The notes: generated by a model from the letters alone, not told the origin. Counted from the first letter of the stretch, positions 26,005 through 38,377 are shown. The stretch: 64,000 nucleotides of DNA from Balanoglossus misakiensis (GCA_040954595.2 CM082596.2:9196461-9260460); one strand, 5' to 3'. Made by a program: numbers and translations.

Positions 26005-26901
26005 ATGTCTTTTTATAACTTGCTAGTCACCGCGATCAGAAAACACAAGCCACCAAAAAGGATAGAGAGAGTTCGGAAACGCGTTGTGTTCGACTGGGAG
26101 GAGAAGAGCGACGCCAGGTTTTTCACGCCGGCCGATGCGCTGGCACTGGCCGTTGAGTGCAACCATATCGACTACGTGGAATACCTTCTGGAATATCATC
26201 TGGCAGAGGCGCTGGATGTATCAAAACGATGTTGCTCGCATCTCATTCTAGCTGTGAGGTGGGACAGACACCAGATTGTGGAGAAGATTCTCTTTTACGC
26301 GAGAAAGAAGTTCGACCACTGCAGGAGTGCCATCGACGAGAAACTGCAGCGTGAGGCGAATACTGCACAGAGCCGAGAGAATTATAGGGCGGAGGCCCCT
26401 CCGACATATGACTACAATGGCGACTGCTATATCAACTGCAAAGGGTGTCGTTCGTTGGGATTTTCAAGAACGGCCGTCCATGTCGCTTGTGAGTTGGCCC
26501 ACGTCGAATGCCTGAGAGCCCTGCTCAAGTACGGAGCGAACCCGGCAACCATGGATCTGGTGGGGAAAACGCCGCTGGAATACTGTCTGTTTCAAACGGG
26601 GCCGTCGTCGTCCGATTTGACCTCTCGGCCGGAACGACTAGCGGAGTGCGTCGAGCTTTTGTTGAGAACACTGCAAAATATTGATGTTTCAATCGTTGAA
26701 CGGTTGGAAGCTTTAAATACTGGGGGAGTGAAAGACGGGTTCCTCCAAAACATCGACATATCAAATTCTCCCTGTCTTCTAAAGCACCTTTGCCGCTTCA
26801 CAATAAGACAATCCATAGGTCTGAACGACAGGTTACCTCACGGGATCGGTCAACTACCGTTACCGCTAACTCTAAAACGGTATTTGGCGTTAGATATGTG
26901 A
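26005..26901 (+). CDS. ANKRD9: ANKRD9-like ankyrin-repeat / SOCS-box protein (putative Elongin BC-Cullin5 substrate receptor), 298 aa, intronless, copy 1
   Basis: Recalled similarity to vertebrate ANKRD9 along its length: F.WEE...A..FTP.DAL..AV..NH..Y..YLL, RCC.H..LAVR..R, GC......RTAVHVACELA..ECL..LL.YGA.P...D..G.TPLE. C-terminal SOCS box SPCLLKHLCRFTIRQSIG....LP.GI.QLPLPLTLKRYL. First ATG at 26005. Confidence 0.85.
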   Translation: MSFYNLLVTAIRKHKPPKRIERVRKRVVFDWEEKSDARFFTPADALALAVECNHIDYVEYLLEYHLAEALDVSKRCCSHLILAVRWDRHQIVEKILFYARKKFDHCRSAIDEKLQREANTAQSRENYRAEAPPTYDYNGDCYINCKGCRSLGFSRTAVHVACELAHVECLRALLKYGANPATMDLVGKTPLEYCLFQTGPSSSDLTSRPERLAECVELLLRTLQNIDVSIVERLEALNTGGVKDGFLQNIDISNSPCLLKHLCRFTIRQSIGLNDRLPHGIGQLPLPLTLKRYLALDM

Positions 26902-27757
26902 ATTTGAATCTGTTTTCAAACTGCTCCATGCAGTACCTTTGCCAATGTTCATGTTGTACATTATTCAATGTTCAAGTTTGACCAAAGTTATCTGTTTTAT
27001 AATCTTGTGAATTGTGATATGTTTGTTTGTTTGTTTGTTGATTGAAATTCGCAGGTCTCAATATTTGTAAGATACTTGATATTTGTAAGGTAATAAAATG
27101 TTGTGACTATAAACTAATGTCTTACCTAAAGGTATTTGACCTCTATACACGGAATTACTGATATAACTGGAAATTAATCATAGAAATTACAATTCTTTAA
27201 TGCCAATCGAATTCTTCAATTTTCCAATTTCTATATATCGTAACAATAGCATGGCTTATGTGGAGTGTACTAAAGATAAGACCAAAAATGTGATATTACT
27301 GTTATCACCATATTTTTCACAAACTCAGCTAGCTACATGTAAACATAATATTGTACAAGACTCGTTTTGTTTTGTAGAGGTAAAGTTCAATAGAGGCTTT
27401 TGAAGAAAAATATTAAGTTTTTTAATTACACTTAAAAGTTGTGCAATATGTTTTAGCATCATGGTTTTGAATAAAATGGATTGATATGGTATTGTAGTGA
27501 ATTGTTGTGTCTGAAATTTCTCGAGAATTCCAATAGAAAACAAATGGTTTATTACCAATCTCGTAGCTTCATTAGACTTGAGTAATACCTAGGTAAACTC
27601 AGGGTAAACTGCCATAGAATTTTCATATACAGCTCCTGCAGAATATATGAATGAATAATAACTTTTTTGCATACATAGATGTCTACTCTCATCAGTGTGA
27701 TTATCGCAGCTTGCTGGTGAAGGAGTTTTCCATCAAACCATGGTGGGCAACTGCATG

Positions 27758-30700
27758 TCAGAATTCCGTACAAACATCTGAAAATATATAGATAAACATG
27801 AAAGAACGTTCATTATGACAGTTTATCTTTCCATTCATAATTAAAGTCAAATCAACCTCATCTGCTCTATCTGATGCATATGTTTTTTAGTTTTGATGTC
27901 ACCCTTTTCCCCCGATTTTCCTGTGGCCGACGTACCTGATTCCTTTACGCTGCATATTTTGTAAACTTGATTGCCCCAGGGACCTCCAGTCTCTGGGTCA
28001 CAGTTATTAATTGGACCATACATGGTATATGTACTTTCAGCATCCGCAGTAGATGCACACCATCCTCCATGTTGGATGGCGAACACTGTGAATCCGCGAC
28101 ACCATGCAGCAGCCATGCACTTTTCTAACGGGTCAGTTCTTTCAGTGTAGAGAAGATCAAGTCTGTCATCCTTTCCCTCTAATGTTTCTATGGCTCGTAT
28201 TTCTGTATCTCTCCAACACCCGAGATCCACTAAATTCATAGCTACAAAAATAAAATAATCATGGTCAGTAAAGTCCGCTACCTTTCATTCATGAACATAC
28301 CCTGGGAGTAATTAATTAAACAAACGATTCACATTACCTGTACAAAGATCAATACAATATCAATACAGTGTTAAGCTCACTCCTTCTGAAACAACTACCA
28401 TAATCTTTTATTGATTAAAATATGCTATGTGAATATGTCATTGTGAACTGAGTAAACACAGTACAAAATGGGGGCTTGGGATAATTAAGACTTGAGTAGA
28501 TTGGAACATTTTGACTTACTTCGATTCAAAGTTCTAGGCGTGAAACCGTTGCACGAAGCAACTCTTTCCGTAGCATTCGCTGCATCAAACCAATACCAAT
28601 TGGCGCCTTCGGCCGGATTCACATCCCAACAAATCATATTGTAATCATAGCAATTTAGCTGTGACAAATCTAGCATGACTTGGTTATTTGCAAGTGTGAC
28701 TGATGTAGATGGTGCAACTGTTTCTTCACTCCTGCCCATCGCTATGATAGCTTCTACATCTGTAACTTTGGGTAATGCTCTGCCGTCGAAAGGCTTGTCC
28801 TGACCAAGTGTGACGGTGACTTGGAACAGCTCATGGTTGTATCCAACAATTTTGCCAGTGTTGACATCGCCCGTTTCCAGGGAAAATGAAAAATTGTAAG
28901 TTCGGTTCTGTCCGAATATAGCCCATATATGTTCACCATCATGGATTATAGCTGCAGTTGCTTTGTCGATGCTTACTGAAAATACACAAAAGGATTAGAT
29001 GGTGCAAATTTGTTCTTTCTTTTCTGTAAATTATTCCTCCTGAATTCACGAGTCGCAAAAAGACGTTTTATAGTTAATGTCACCAGACAGACAGACAGAA
29101 AAATGAAGTGAAAGAAATTTCAGCCATACAATGTGATTTTCAATTTAAACACAGGAGTTGGAGTGGACATGGCATTGGAGGATGAAGACGTGTGCAGGAT
29201 ACATTCAGAAGGGTTAACTGTACCTTTACATTGGTTGAAAGGAATACATGCAGTAATACGATCATCTTCATGCCACATCCAGTTGCTCCCAGTTGCTGGT
29301 GTCACATCCACGCATGCATAGCTGTATTCATGACATCCCAAGCCAAGAAGACCATAGTCTGCATAAACAATATTCATGTCCCCTGTGGAACAGCCAGGGC
29401 AGATGTGTACTGTGTGGTCAGTGGTTACTGATGCATTAACCTTCAGAAAAGCAGATCCTCCATCGACGTCATTTGCTATGTACACTTTGAAATCGAACAA
29501 GGAGCTGATGGCGCCTGAAAATGCTGCTGTGAATGTTTCCATGGCAATGTTGACGTCCAATTGAAAGGTGAGATTCCTACCCATGTTTACATCCAATGTT
29601 TGGTTATCATGTTGTTTCAGGCCAATTCTTCCATTTAGCTGATCTAAAATCAAATTCAGTTATTGAGGTTAAGGCAAACTAGATGTGAAGTACTTACTGT
29701 ATTTAACCATTGGATTTGGATAAAACATTTTGAACCTGCTTTGAAACATAACATGAAGTGTTAACCATATTGCAATGTGGATATCTGGCATTTGTGTATA
29801 GCTCATCTTGCTTCTCTTGAGTGAGGATATCTGGTTGCTATACGGGTTTAGGAGCAAGGTAAGTATAAAAGTGGGTAACTAGATAACTAATTCTGAAGCA
29901 AGGGATTACACATAATTGTATTAAAGGTACTTTTGGCCTGGTAACTTCTAGAAGAATAATCGACTTTACATCGGCTAAAGCGATGCATTACCTGTAGTTT
30001 TCAGTGTAATACTAATATGAAACAGATTCTCATTCTTGCTTACGTTTACACCTCTGGATATTTGAGCAGGCTGTTCCGCTGGCCAGAAAGTCACACGGGT
30101 CATCATTTGTAGATGGTGCAATTAAGTTTAAACAAAGCTGATTGTTCTCATGGCAGGTGAGACCGCTCAGATTAAGTCTAACATGTATGTGTCGAATGGT
30201 GACAGATGTTAACCGACATGCATGGTCACTAAGCAACTGAGCAGACAATAATAAAGGCAGAAGTATATAGCCAGTAATCCCCTCTCCAAGCAGTTCCCTC
30301 TTTGGAGGTCCAAACTCACCTCGGGAAACAATGGATATAGGCAAAACTATATTGTGGAGAAAGGCTTAAAAGTTTCAAATGTTGCAAGCCACACTCTACT
30401 CTCACAATTTGAGACAAATCCCATTCCATAACCATTCGGAAAATAAATCACTTATCCAATTCTTGGGGCCGGGCGTACAAAGGAAACAAATTCCCTCCAC
30501 TGACAGTTAATGAAGACTTATGGTACTGGGCGCCTATGTACTGTACTACTTCAACTTGAAAATAAATTAAAAATTCTGTACATATACGACATTGACAGTT
30601 GTAATAAACCTAGATAAGCATATGTGAAGCTTAAAAAAGTGTGACAGTACCAATTGCAAAATGCAACCTTTCATTCTATTATATCGTGAATAATGATCTA

Positions 30701-32182
30701 CAATTCTATAGTGATACGTACGTCACGGATATATAAGAAAGGTTTAGTTACACGTAAATACGCGGACGACTGACGGCAGGCAGCTAGTGGCGTTCGCGTA
30801 TGTGTAGCGACGCGTGAATTTTGCGGATTAGTTGTCCGTTTTGAATAACAAAAATATTTATAAACAATGGAAAATTCAAATATTTTTCACTTCCATAAAT
30901 TTTGTGTGTGATGAATATTCTCTAAGACCACCACCCTTGGAATAAGTTTCTTGACTGCAGTGGAAATATAGTTTAGTGAAGTTTTCCGATGTCTTTATCG
31001 AGGCGTCCACTGAAAACTTAACATCCATTGGGAATAATTTTTTGTGTTCATGTTTTTAAAACACCAAATACCGCCGGTTTTAGCACATATGGCAGAATTT
31101 TTTTTCAGATTACATGGATGCTGGCTACATCACAATTGCACCTCAGAGATCAATGGCTCAAATTAAAGAGAGAACATCGAGAAATTCCGAATAAATGTTA
31201 CACGTAATCATGATTACGCGTAGAAGCGTCGCTTACCGTTCCGAACGTCTGCTCTACACGTACGCGACGTCTGCTTATCACGTGACAACGACGCTACGCG
31301 TACTGATCAAACGTATTTACGTGTAACTAAACCTCTCTGATATCACTCGAACGTCAAAACCATATAGTCATTGTTTTCTACAAATCGCAACATACCTGTA
31401 CAGGTACTTTTACTTGCGCCTTCCTGAACTAAACAAATTAAATGAACATTAACATTCATATTAGTCATGATAATTGCGAGAGTGGATCTTAGTGTATTAT
31501 GTCAAAGCTAGAAATCATCTGTCCAAGATATTTGGCCACTAACTAGACAGGCTAAATACATGCAGGCAAGACTAATTTCCATCACTGTGGGCACTGTAAT
31601 TTTTATCGAAAATGCATATGGATGAAAAACCAAAGAATCAACACAGTTGTTATTTGCTAACACTTCAAAACTGTATGATTCCTTTCATCTGGCTCAAAAA
31701 CCTCATGATTGTTAACTAAACCACGCAGTTTTGAGCTTCATGTACCAATCAATGTAATGGTCTGTATTTCTATGTATACCATACACTACTACAATAAAGC
31801 AAAACCCTTGGCATACCAATGACGCAACAAGAAATAAAATATTGAATAGTCTCAGTGAAAAAAAACATCATTTCATACATTCGGTAGTGTTTAGTTTTCA
31901 TAAACTGAATTTTACTTACTTAAGTACTTGTACACGGTTCCTATTGATGCCACAGCACCCATAATTGACAGTGCAACTATGATTGCCAGGATGGCTCTTC
32001 GTCTTTTTGTTTCCGATGTCTTTTTCACCTAAATCGCAGTTGAGATTATTATGCTGCACAGCAACACAATACTAGGAGCATTGACATAACTCTATTTTTG
32101 AATGAAATGACAATGAAACATTGAAAATATCTCCCGTGCAAAAGAATCTTACCTCGTCCAAGTGCGGAGATACCTTCGCCAT
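27758..32182 (-). pseudogene. Type II membrane / WSC-like gene, copy 3 (identical to copy 2, same exon-4 deletion)
   Basis: Copy 2 shifted by 7760; deletion junction at ~30206. Confidence 0.75.
30736..31338. mobile_element. MITE (duplicate of 8166-8768)
   Basis: Same TIRs and flanks. Confidence 0.85.
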
Positions 32183-33764
32183 TTCTCTCTGACGATTATT
32201 CACTTGTTCTGCGGTCTGTGTAAGAAGTGGTCAATTTTATGTCTGCACGAGCTGATAGATATTTTCTATTCTGCACATCCCAAAGGAACTGCTCTGATAT
32301 CTCCAAGCCAAAGCTTATTATAATTCATTTTTTGTGTCGACGAAAGTGCGGGACTCTGAAGTTTCTTGTGGGATTAGGAAGCCGACAGGGGTTCATTCTC
32401 AATGTTATTTAAGTTCCATTAACTGTAACTGTTGGCGATATTTTCAGTGCTTAAGTTCGATGTAACAACGGCTAACACAAAAATTTAAAAGCAACTAGCT
32501 AATCCTTATCCTGTAGAGCCCCTCTGGTTATAAAAAAAGACATTTGAAATGCTTCATTCAACTACCACAGCCCTAACCATCAATAGGTAGAATTGTATTC
32601 AAAAGAATCTTAATCTGCTATTTTTCAAAAACATTTTCTGTATGCCTACTGGTATTATTTTCTGCCGAGTCAAAGAAAACCCGGTGCAGCGTGTTGGCAC
32701 AGACTCTGGACAGAGCGTTTAAGTTGACAAATTTTTACCAACTTTTAAATGGAAACTGTCATGAACAAGATTCGAACTAAAGCCTCTAGAGCTGCCAAAT
32801 TTGACATATTGATTTTCCTCAATGAAATACTTCAAATGTATTCCCTATCCTCTAAAATCTTCACCATTAAGCCAGATTAGTTGCATTTGCATCAGTTTGT
32901 CATCTCCTGGCAACGCATACCATGATAGCTCCGTACTGTTTGTATGGAGGCTGATTAAATCAGTGTGGCACCGTTTTAATACATAGCGTGTTCCAATTGC
33001 AACATACAGTCACAATCGGGCATCGATAAGGTGTTCATGTATACATTTCAGTAAGCGTATTTAGATTGATCAATTTAAGTTGGACAATAAAATCATGAAA
33101 ATAATGCAAAAAGTGGCAGCTCTAGAGGCTTTAACTACAAATAAGATTAGTTTACATCTCACTTTTCCACTTTATTATTTTTGGGCCCTCATTCATCTTT
33201 CAAACGCTATCCGAAGTACATGTACTTATTTCAAAATGTTTATAGAAAAAGAGCAGGAGTAGTATAGGTTGGAGCCGTAGCACTCGGATTTGGGGAGGAG
33301 GATGAGGAGGATGAGGAGGAGGAGGAGGAGGAGGAGGAGGAAGAGGATGAGGAGGATGAGGAGGATGAAGAGGATGAGGAGGATGAGGAGGATGAGGAGG
33401 AAGTGGAGGTGATGTTGGGAGGAGGCAGAGGAGGCAGTGGAGGTGATGTTGGGAGGAGGTGATGAGAGGCGAAGGAGGCCTATCACCCATGAGGTAGACA
33501 ACCCTAAATGTTGGGAGGAGGCAGAGGAGGCGATGAGAGGCGGAGGTGTATCACCCCCTAAGGTAAGGAACCCTAAATGTTGGGAGGAGGCGGAGGCGGA
33601 GGAGGCAGTGGAGGCGATGAGTGGTAGCCCTTTCCCTATTTGAGACTGTATAAAAGGCTAGCCCTGCATGACCATCGTTCTCTTGGGCGTATTGTGGATA
33701 TGGTCAATGCGCATTTTTAACGAACATCGTCGAGATCAGAGGATTGCTTTCACGATTCGACCAA

Positions 33765-34661
33765 ATGTCTTTTTATAACTTGCTAGTCACCGCGATCAGA
33801 AAACACAAGCCACCAAAAAGGATAGAGAGAGTTCGGAAACGCGTTGTGTTCGACTGGGAGGAGAAGAGCGACGCCAGGTTTTTCACGCCGGCCGATGCGC
33901 TGGCACTGGCCGTTGAGTGCAACCATATCGACTACGTGGAATACCTTCTGGAATATCATCTGGCAGAGGCGCTGGATGTATCAAAACGATGTTGCTCGCA
34001 TCTCATTCTAGCTGTGAGGTGGGACAGACACCAGATTGTGGAGAAGATTCTCTTTTACGCGAGAAAGAAGTTCGACCACTGCAGGAGTGCCATCGACGAG
34101 AAACTGCAGCGTGAGGCGAATACTGCACAGAGCCGAGAGAATTATAGGGCGGAGGCCCCTCCGACATATGACTACAATGGCGACTGCTATATCAACTGCA
34201 AAGGGTGTCGTTCGTTGGGATTTTCAAGAACGGCCGTCCATGTCGCTTGTGAGTTGGCCCACGTCGAATGCCTGAGAGCCCTGCTCAAGTACGGAGCGAA
34301 CCCGGCAACCATGGATCTGGTGGGGAAAACGCCGCTGGAATACTGTCTGTTTCAAACGGGGCCGTCGTCGTCCGATTTGACCTCTCGGCCGGAACGACTA
34401 GCGGAGTGCGTCGAGCTTTTGTTGAGAACACTGCAAAATATTGATGTTTCAATCGTTGAACGGTTGGAAGCTTTAAATACTGGGGGAGTGAAAGACGGGT
34501 TCCTCCAAAACATCGACATATCAAATTCTCCCTGTCTTCTAAAGCACCTTTGCCGCTTCACAATAAGACAATCCATAGGTCTGAACGACAGGTTACCTCA
34601 CGGGATCGGTCAACTACCGTTACCGCTAACTCTAAAACGGTATTTGGCGTTAGATATGTGA
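33765..34661 (+). CDS. ANKRD9: ANKRD9-like ankyrin-repeat / SOCS-box protein, copy 2
   Basis: Translation identical to 26005-26901. Confidence 0.85.
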   Translation: MSFYNLLVTAIRKHKPPKRIERVRKRVVFDWEEKSDARFFTPADALALAVECNHIDYVEYLLEYHLAEALDVSKRCCSHLILAVRWDRHQIVEKILFYARKKFDHCRSAIDEKLQREANTAQSRENYRAEAPPTYDYNGDCYINCKGCRSLGFSRTAVHVACELAHVECLRALLKYGANPATMDLVGKTPLEYCLFQTGPSSSDLTSRPERLAECVELLLRTLQNIDVSIVERLEALNTGGVKDGFLQNIDISNSPCLLKHLCRFTIRQSIGLNDRLPHGIGQLPLPLTLKRYLALDM

Positions 34662-34959
34662 ATTTGAATCTGTTTTCAAACTGCTCCATGCAGTACCTTT
34701 GCCAATGTTCATGTTGTACATTATTCAATGTTCAAGTTTGACCAAAGTTATCTGTTTTATAATCTTGTGAATTGTGATATGTTTGTTTGTTTGTTTGTTT
34801 GTTTTTTTTAGAAAATAAAACCAACTGTTCATGGTTGTTGTTTTTTTAATGGAAACTGATCTGGCGTTTTGCTTGTATGTGTGTGAGTGAATGCATAAGA
34901 GTCATGTCATTTAGCGACGAATCAAGTTAAATTTATAGATTTATTGGTTTAAACACTAG
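34661..34959 (+). terminator. 3'UTR / polyadenylation cassette, copy after the ANKRD9-like gene
   Basis: Starts at the stop codon; (GTTT)n, AATAAA at 34814-34819, GT-rich downstream element; highly similar to 38378-38675. Confidence 0.7.
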
Positions 34960-34966
34960 AATTTGG

Positions 34967-35078
34967 TGGATCTGGTGGGGAAAACGCCGCTGGAATACTG
35001 TCTGTTTCAAACGGGGCCGCCGTCGTCCGATTTGACCTCTCGGCCGAAAATGACTAGCGGAGTGCGTCGAGCTTTTGT
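34967..35078 (+). repeat. Short duplicated fragment of the ANKRD9-like CDS
   Basis: Matches 34312-34422 (tggatctggtggggaaaacgccg...gagcttttgt) with a few changes. Confidence 0.9.
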
Positions 35079-35282
35079 GTTATGTTATAATTTATCATTT
35101 TAATTATTATTATGATATTGTATGTGATTTCTGAGTAGTTTTGATAAATATGTCCAAGTAAATGGAGAGTACTATAGTGTTACTAATCTTACTCAGTTCG
35201 TGGGGTACAATAATGGAAATGTGTTAAAGAGAGAGGGTTCCTTACCTAAGGGGGTGATACACCTACTACATCCTGAAATGCG

Positions 35283-35386
35283 CCCTCTACCGACCGAAGT
35301 AGCGTTTCATTCGTCCACAACGTACAATCCATACCCTCTACCGACCGAAGTAGCGTTTCATTCGTCCACAACGTACAATCCATACC
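35283..35386 (+). repeat. Perfect 2 x 51-bp tandem repeat just upstream of the zinc-finger gene ATG
   Basis: CCCTCTACCGACCGAAGTAGCGTTTCATTCGTCCACAACGTACAATCCATA at 35283 and 35334. Confidence 0.95.
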
Positions 35387-35402
35387 GTCTGCGTTCGGAA
35401 CT

Positions 35403-35601
35403 ATGGACTTTTCCGCGAGTGAGCAGTGGGAAACAATAATTAATTTAGAACGACAACATGGAAGACAAGACCAAGAAGATAACCAGGTAAGTAACACATT
35501 GTAAATTATTTAGATCAATGCCCAGTAATTTTTAATGACACATTATAATTATCCCACCCAAAGCTTTTTTCGCCCGTGGGTAACACATACTATCTGTACT
35601 A

Positions 35602-35634
<33 letters not shown>

Positions 35635-36594
35635 ATGGTCCTCTCTTATTATCATTACATAAGAGTCAACACATCATTTTTGAACAATATTGTACTCCAA
35701 GAAATGGACTGCCCTGTGGATGTTATGTCAGTATATTTCATGTAATTCGTAAGCTATATTTTCTCTCCGTTAAAATGGGCGCGCATTGAATGTATATGAG
35801 CTTATCGTCTGCGCGTAGCACGTACATCCCACTGTACATGTAGGCCTATGTACTAATTTTGCGCAGCGTGACTATCAGCGTCACACGCCCTCTCCCCATG
35901 ATTGTACTGGCGAATAGTGTGGTAACGAGGATAAGCCAAACAAGGAAGTGTATGCTATCTACACTGAGTTTTAACCAGCGTGCGAAGTTTTATTTTATTT
36001 TATTTTTATCGCAACGAACGCAGTGGGCTCACACTCACTGTGAGTGTGAGTGTATTCTATGTGTACCCAACTGGCTGTGCATTCGTCGCCGCGAATTGCA
36101 GTGTACGATTTCCTATCATTTTCACTCATCGATTTTACATAAATTCAACTCCCTTTATCACAACAAGTTTGATGAAATACATTTTCATTGAAATATTAAT
36201 CTCAAAAATTGTCCTGTTGCGATCGTAGAAGATGAGCAGTGACGCCCGCGAAATGTTACGGTGATTATGTGACCTGGCGGTTTAGGGGCTTGCAAGCAAA
36301 TTGCTACATTGTTGCATTGTAATCGCTGGGGTAGCTGTTCTCCCCAGTCACACGCCACTAATACAGCACACGCGTGTTCAGGCATTGTTATACCATTAGC
36401 AATACCTCCACGCCAGCAGTTAGAGCTAATGACAGAATGATGTGCTATTTCAACAGGTGTTATCGCTCAACGAGGAAAGTGATTTGGGCGCGCAGCATGA
36501 AGAACCCAGTGCTCGCACGTCCGGCGAGAGTTTACCACAGTAAGTTTTTGCTCGATTTTATCGTAATCGGGGGTATCCTGTGTATTTGATGAAA

Positions 36595-36637
<43 letters not shown>

Positions 36638-36682
36638 AAACAACAACAAACAAACGTGGGTATACGCTTAGTCAGCAACTAT

Positions 36683-36724
<42 letters not shown>

Positions 36725-38372
36725 CTTTTTAATCTTTGCTAGAGCAGATATACCATCACAAAGAGTGAACGAGGAAGTGTCAGAGACACAGCCTTTACCG
36801 AATCCAAAGAGCGTTATAATAAAACCGTCGGTCGGTCGCTGGTGATGACCTAATCAATCGTCTATTCACGTTGTAATATATTTTTCATCCTCGTAGAATC
36901 GACACCACACCAAACAATAACACATCGGGTACACAAGAGGATGCATCGTCCTCTCCGAAGCAAATCAGGTAGGTTTAAATAGATTGTGTTTCTATTCACC
37001 TTAGGCGGGGTACTCGTTCTAACATGTATGGTTGTCTATCTGACTGCAAGGTCGTTTGTAAATTTATTCTTGCAATTTTTTTTTTCTCTCCCAGACTTCC
37101 GTCTACACACCTTGCTGTCACCGAACACCAGCCATCACCAGATTATATACAGGTCCTTCGTGAGACCACTAATCGCCCGGATGTCTATGGTGAGGAGAAT
37201 GATGAAGGCCGATCAACGTGCCCCCACTGTCCCCGCACATTTTCCAGACCAGGTGATTTGTGTCGTCACATCAACACCGTCCATGGGGAAAACCGCCTGT
37301 CGTGTGCCAGTTGTAGTAAGACGTTTACACGCAAAGACAACTTGGCAAGACACCAAAAGAGAGTGCATGACAACAAGAAAACAGGTACCGGTGGTGATGA
37401 AAATGACCAGTTTCAGTGTCCCTGTTGTGACCTTACCTTCACCCGAAAGGACAACATGGCACGGCATTTAAAGGAAATACATCACCGCCTGGATTCCCAA
37501 TATAAATGCTCAATATGTGACATGGTATTTAAAAGAAAAGCACATCATGCCAGTCATTTGAAAATACATAAGAAGCTGTCTGTCACAAGTAACCCAACTC
37601 AAAACCAAACACAGGTAAGATCACACAAACCACAGTCGCATGGTCATTAAAATCACATCACTCGAATACGACGTGTTATCAACCAAACTTCGTGAAATAA
37701 ACCCTATGCCAGCACTGTTTATTATCACATTCTTCACAAAAGAAAGCATCTGTGAAGAATAACGTTTACTGCGTAGTTCATACATGTACATGTTGGAAAG
37801 TAACATTACTACTCTTGAACAGTCCTGTTCACACCTTTCTTACGTAATTGATTACATTTCAGAACCTCAACAACTTACCAAGTCCGAGTGTCAATACTCA
37901 GCAACAATCAGCCGTAGAGCAGCTGACAGACGACAACATCTTGCAGCAGCTGGAGCAATTCCTGGACAACAGTCATCTGCCTCTGAACGAAATCGATACT
38001 GTCCTGGATATTGAGCAGCTTCTAAGCACTCCCCACCCGGACGAAAAGTTGGTCAGCGATTTGCTGACTTCAACCCTGTCGAGCGACCAGATCTCCAACA
38101 CGGCGTCAACCACGTCCAACAGTTTGTCGAACACCGTATCGCAGATGAGTACCATACCGTCATCCTTGACAAGCACCAGCAGTACCAGTATGATCAACTC
38201 CATGACCAATACGTTGACGAACACCATGGTCAACAGGACACCAGCCAACACCCTTGCGAACACTGCGCCACTGTTCTTACAAAGTTCACTGAGCAGCAAC
38301 GCCTCCGATACTCTAAACGACTACCAAGTGGGGAACATTAATACATCTACCACACCAATGGGAATATCATGA
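35403..38372 (+). CDS. Six-exon C2H2 zinc-finger protein (~450 aa; 4 fingers, acidic/Leu-rich and Ser/Thr-rich C-terminus)
   Basis: Exons 35403-35486, 36457-36539, 36743-36826, 36897-36968, 37095-37614 and 37863-38372, all GT-AG with phases 0,2,2,2,0, give one open frame of 1353 nt. Fingers: CPHC..H..VH, CASC..H..VH, CPCC..H..IH, CSIC..H..IH. Confidence 0.8.
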
Positions 38373-38377
38373 ACACA

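Larger units (their letters stand above)
25498..27039 (+). mobile_element. Left end of a putative Polinton/Maverick-like insert (partial duplicate of 33258-38789)
   Basis: Begins AGTAGTATAGGTTGGAGCC exactly where the paralogous site (10687|10688) diverges; identical to 33258-34799. Confidence 0.55.
19277..34799. repeat. Tandem duplication of a 7,760-bp unit (19277-27036 / 27037-34796)
   Basis: Every ORF repeats at +7760 with identical translation. The junction at 27037 joins the (GTTT)n tract to gttgattgaaattcgc with GTT microhomology. Confidence 0.97.

Noticed and set aside
35283-35386. Possible CRISPR-like array (also the repeats at 51964-52370 and 62047-62800)
   Set aside because: Head-to-tail repeats without unique spacers, eukaryotic context, no cas genes.
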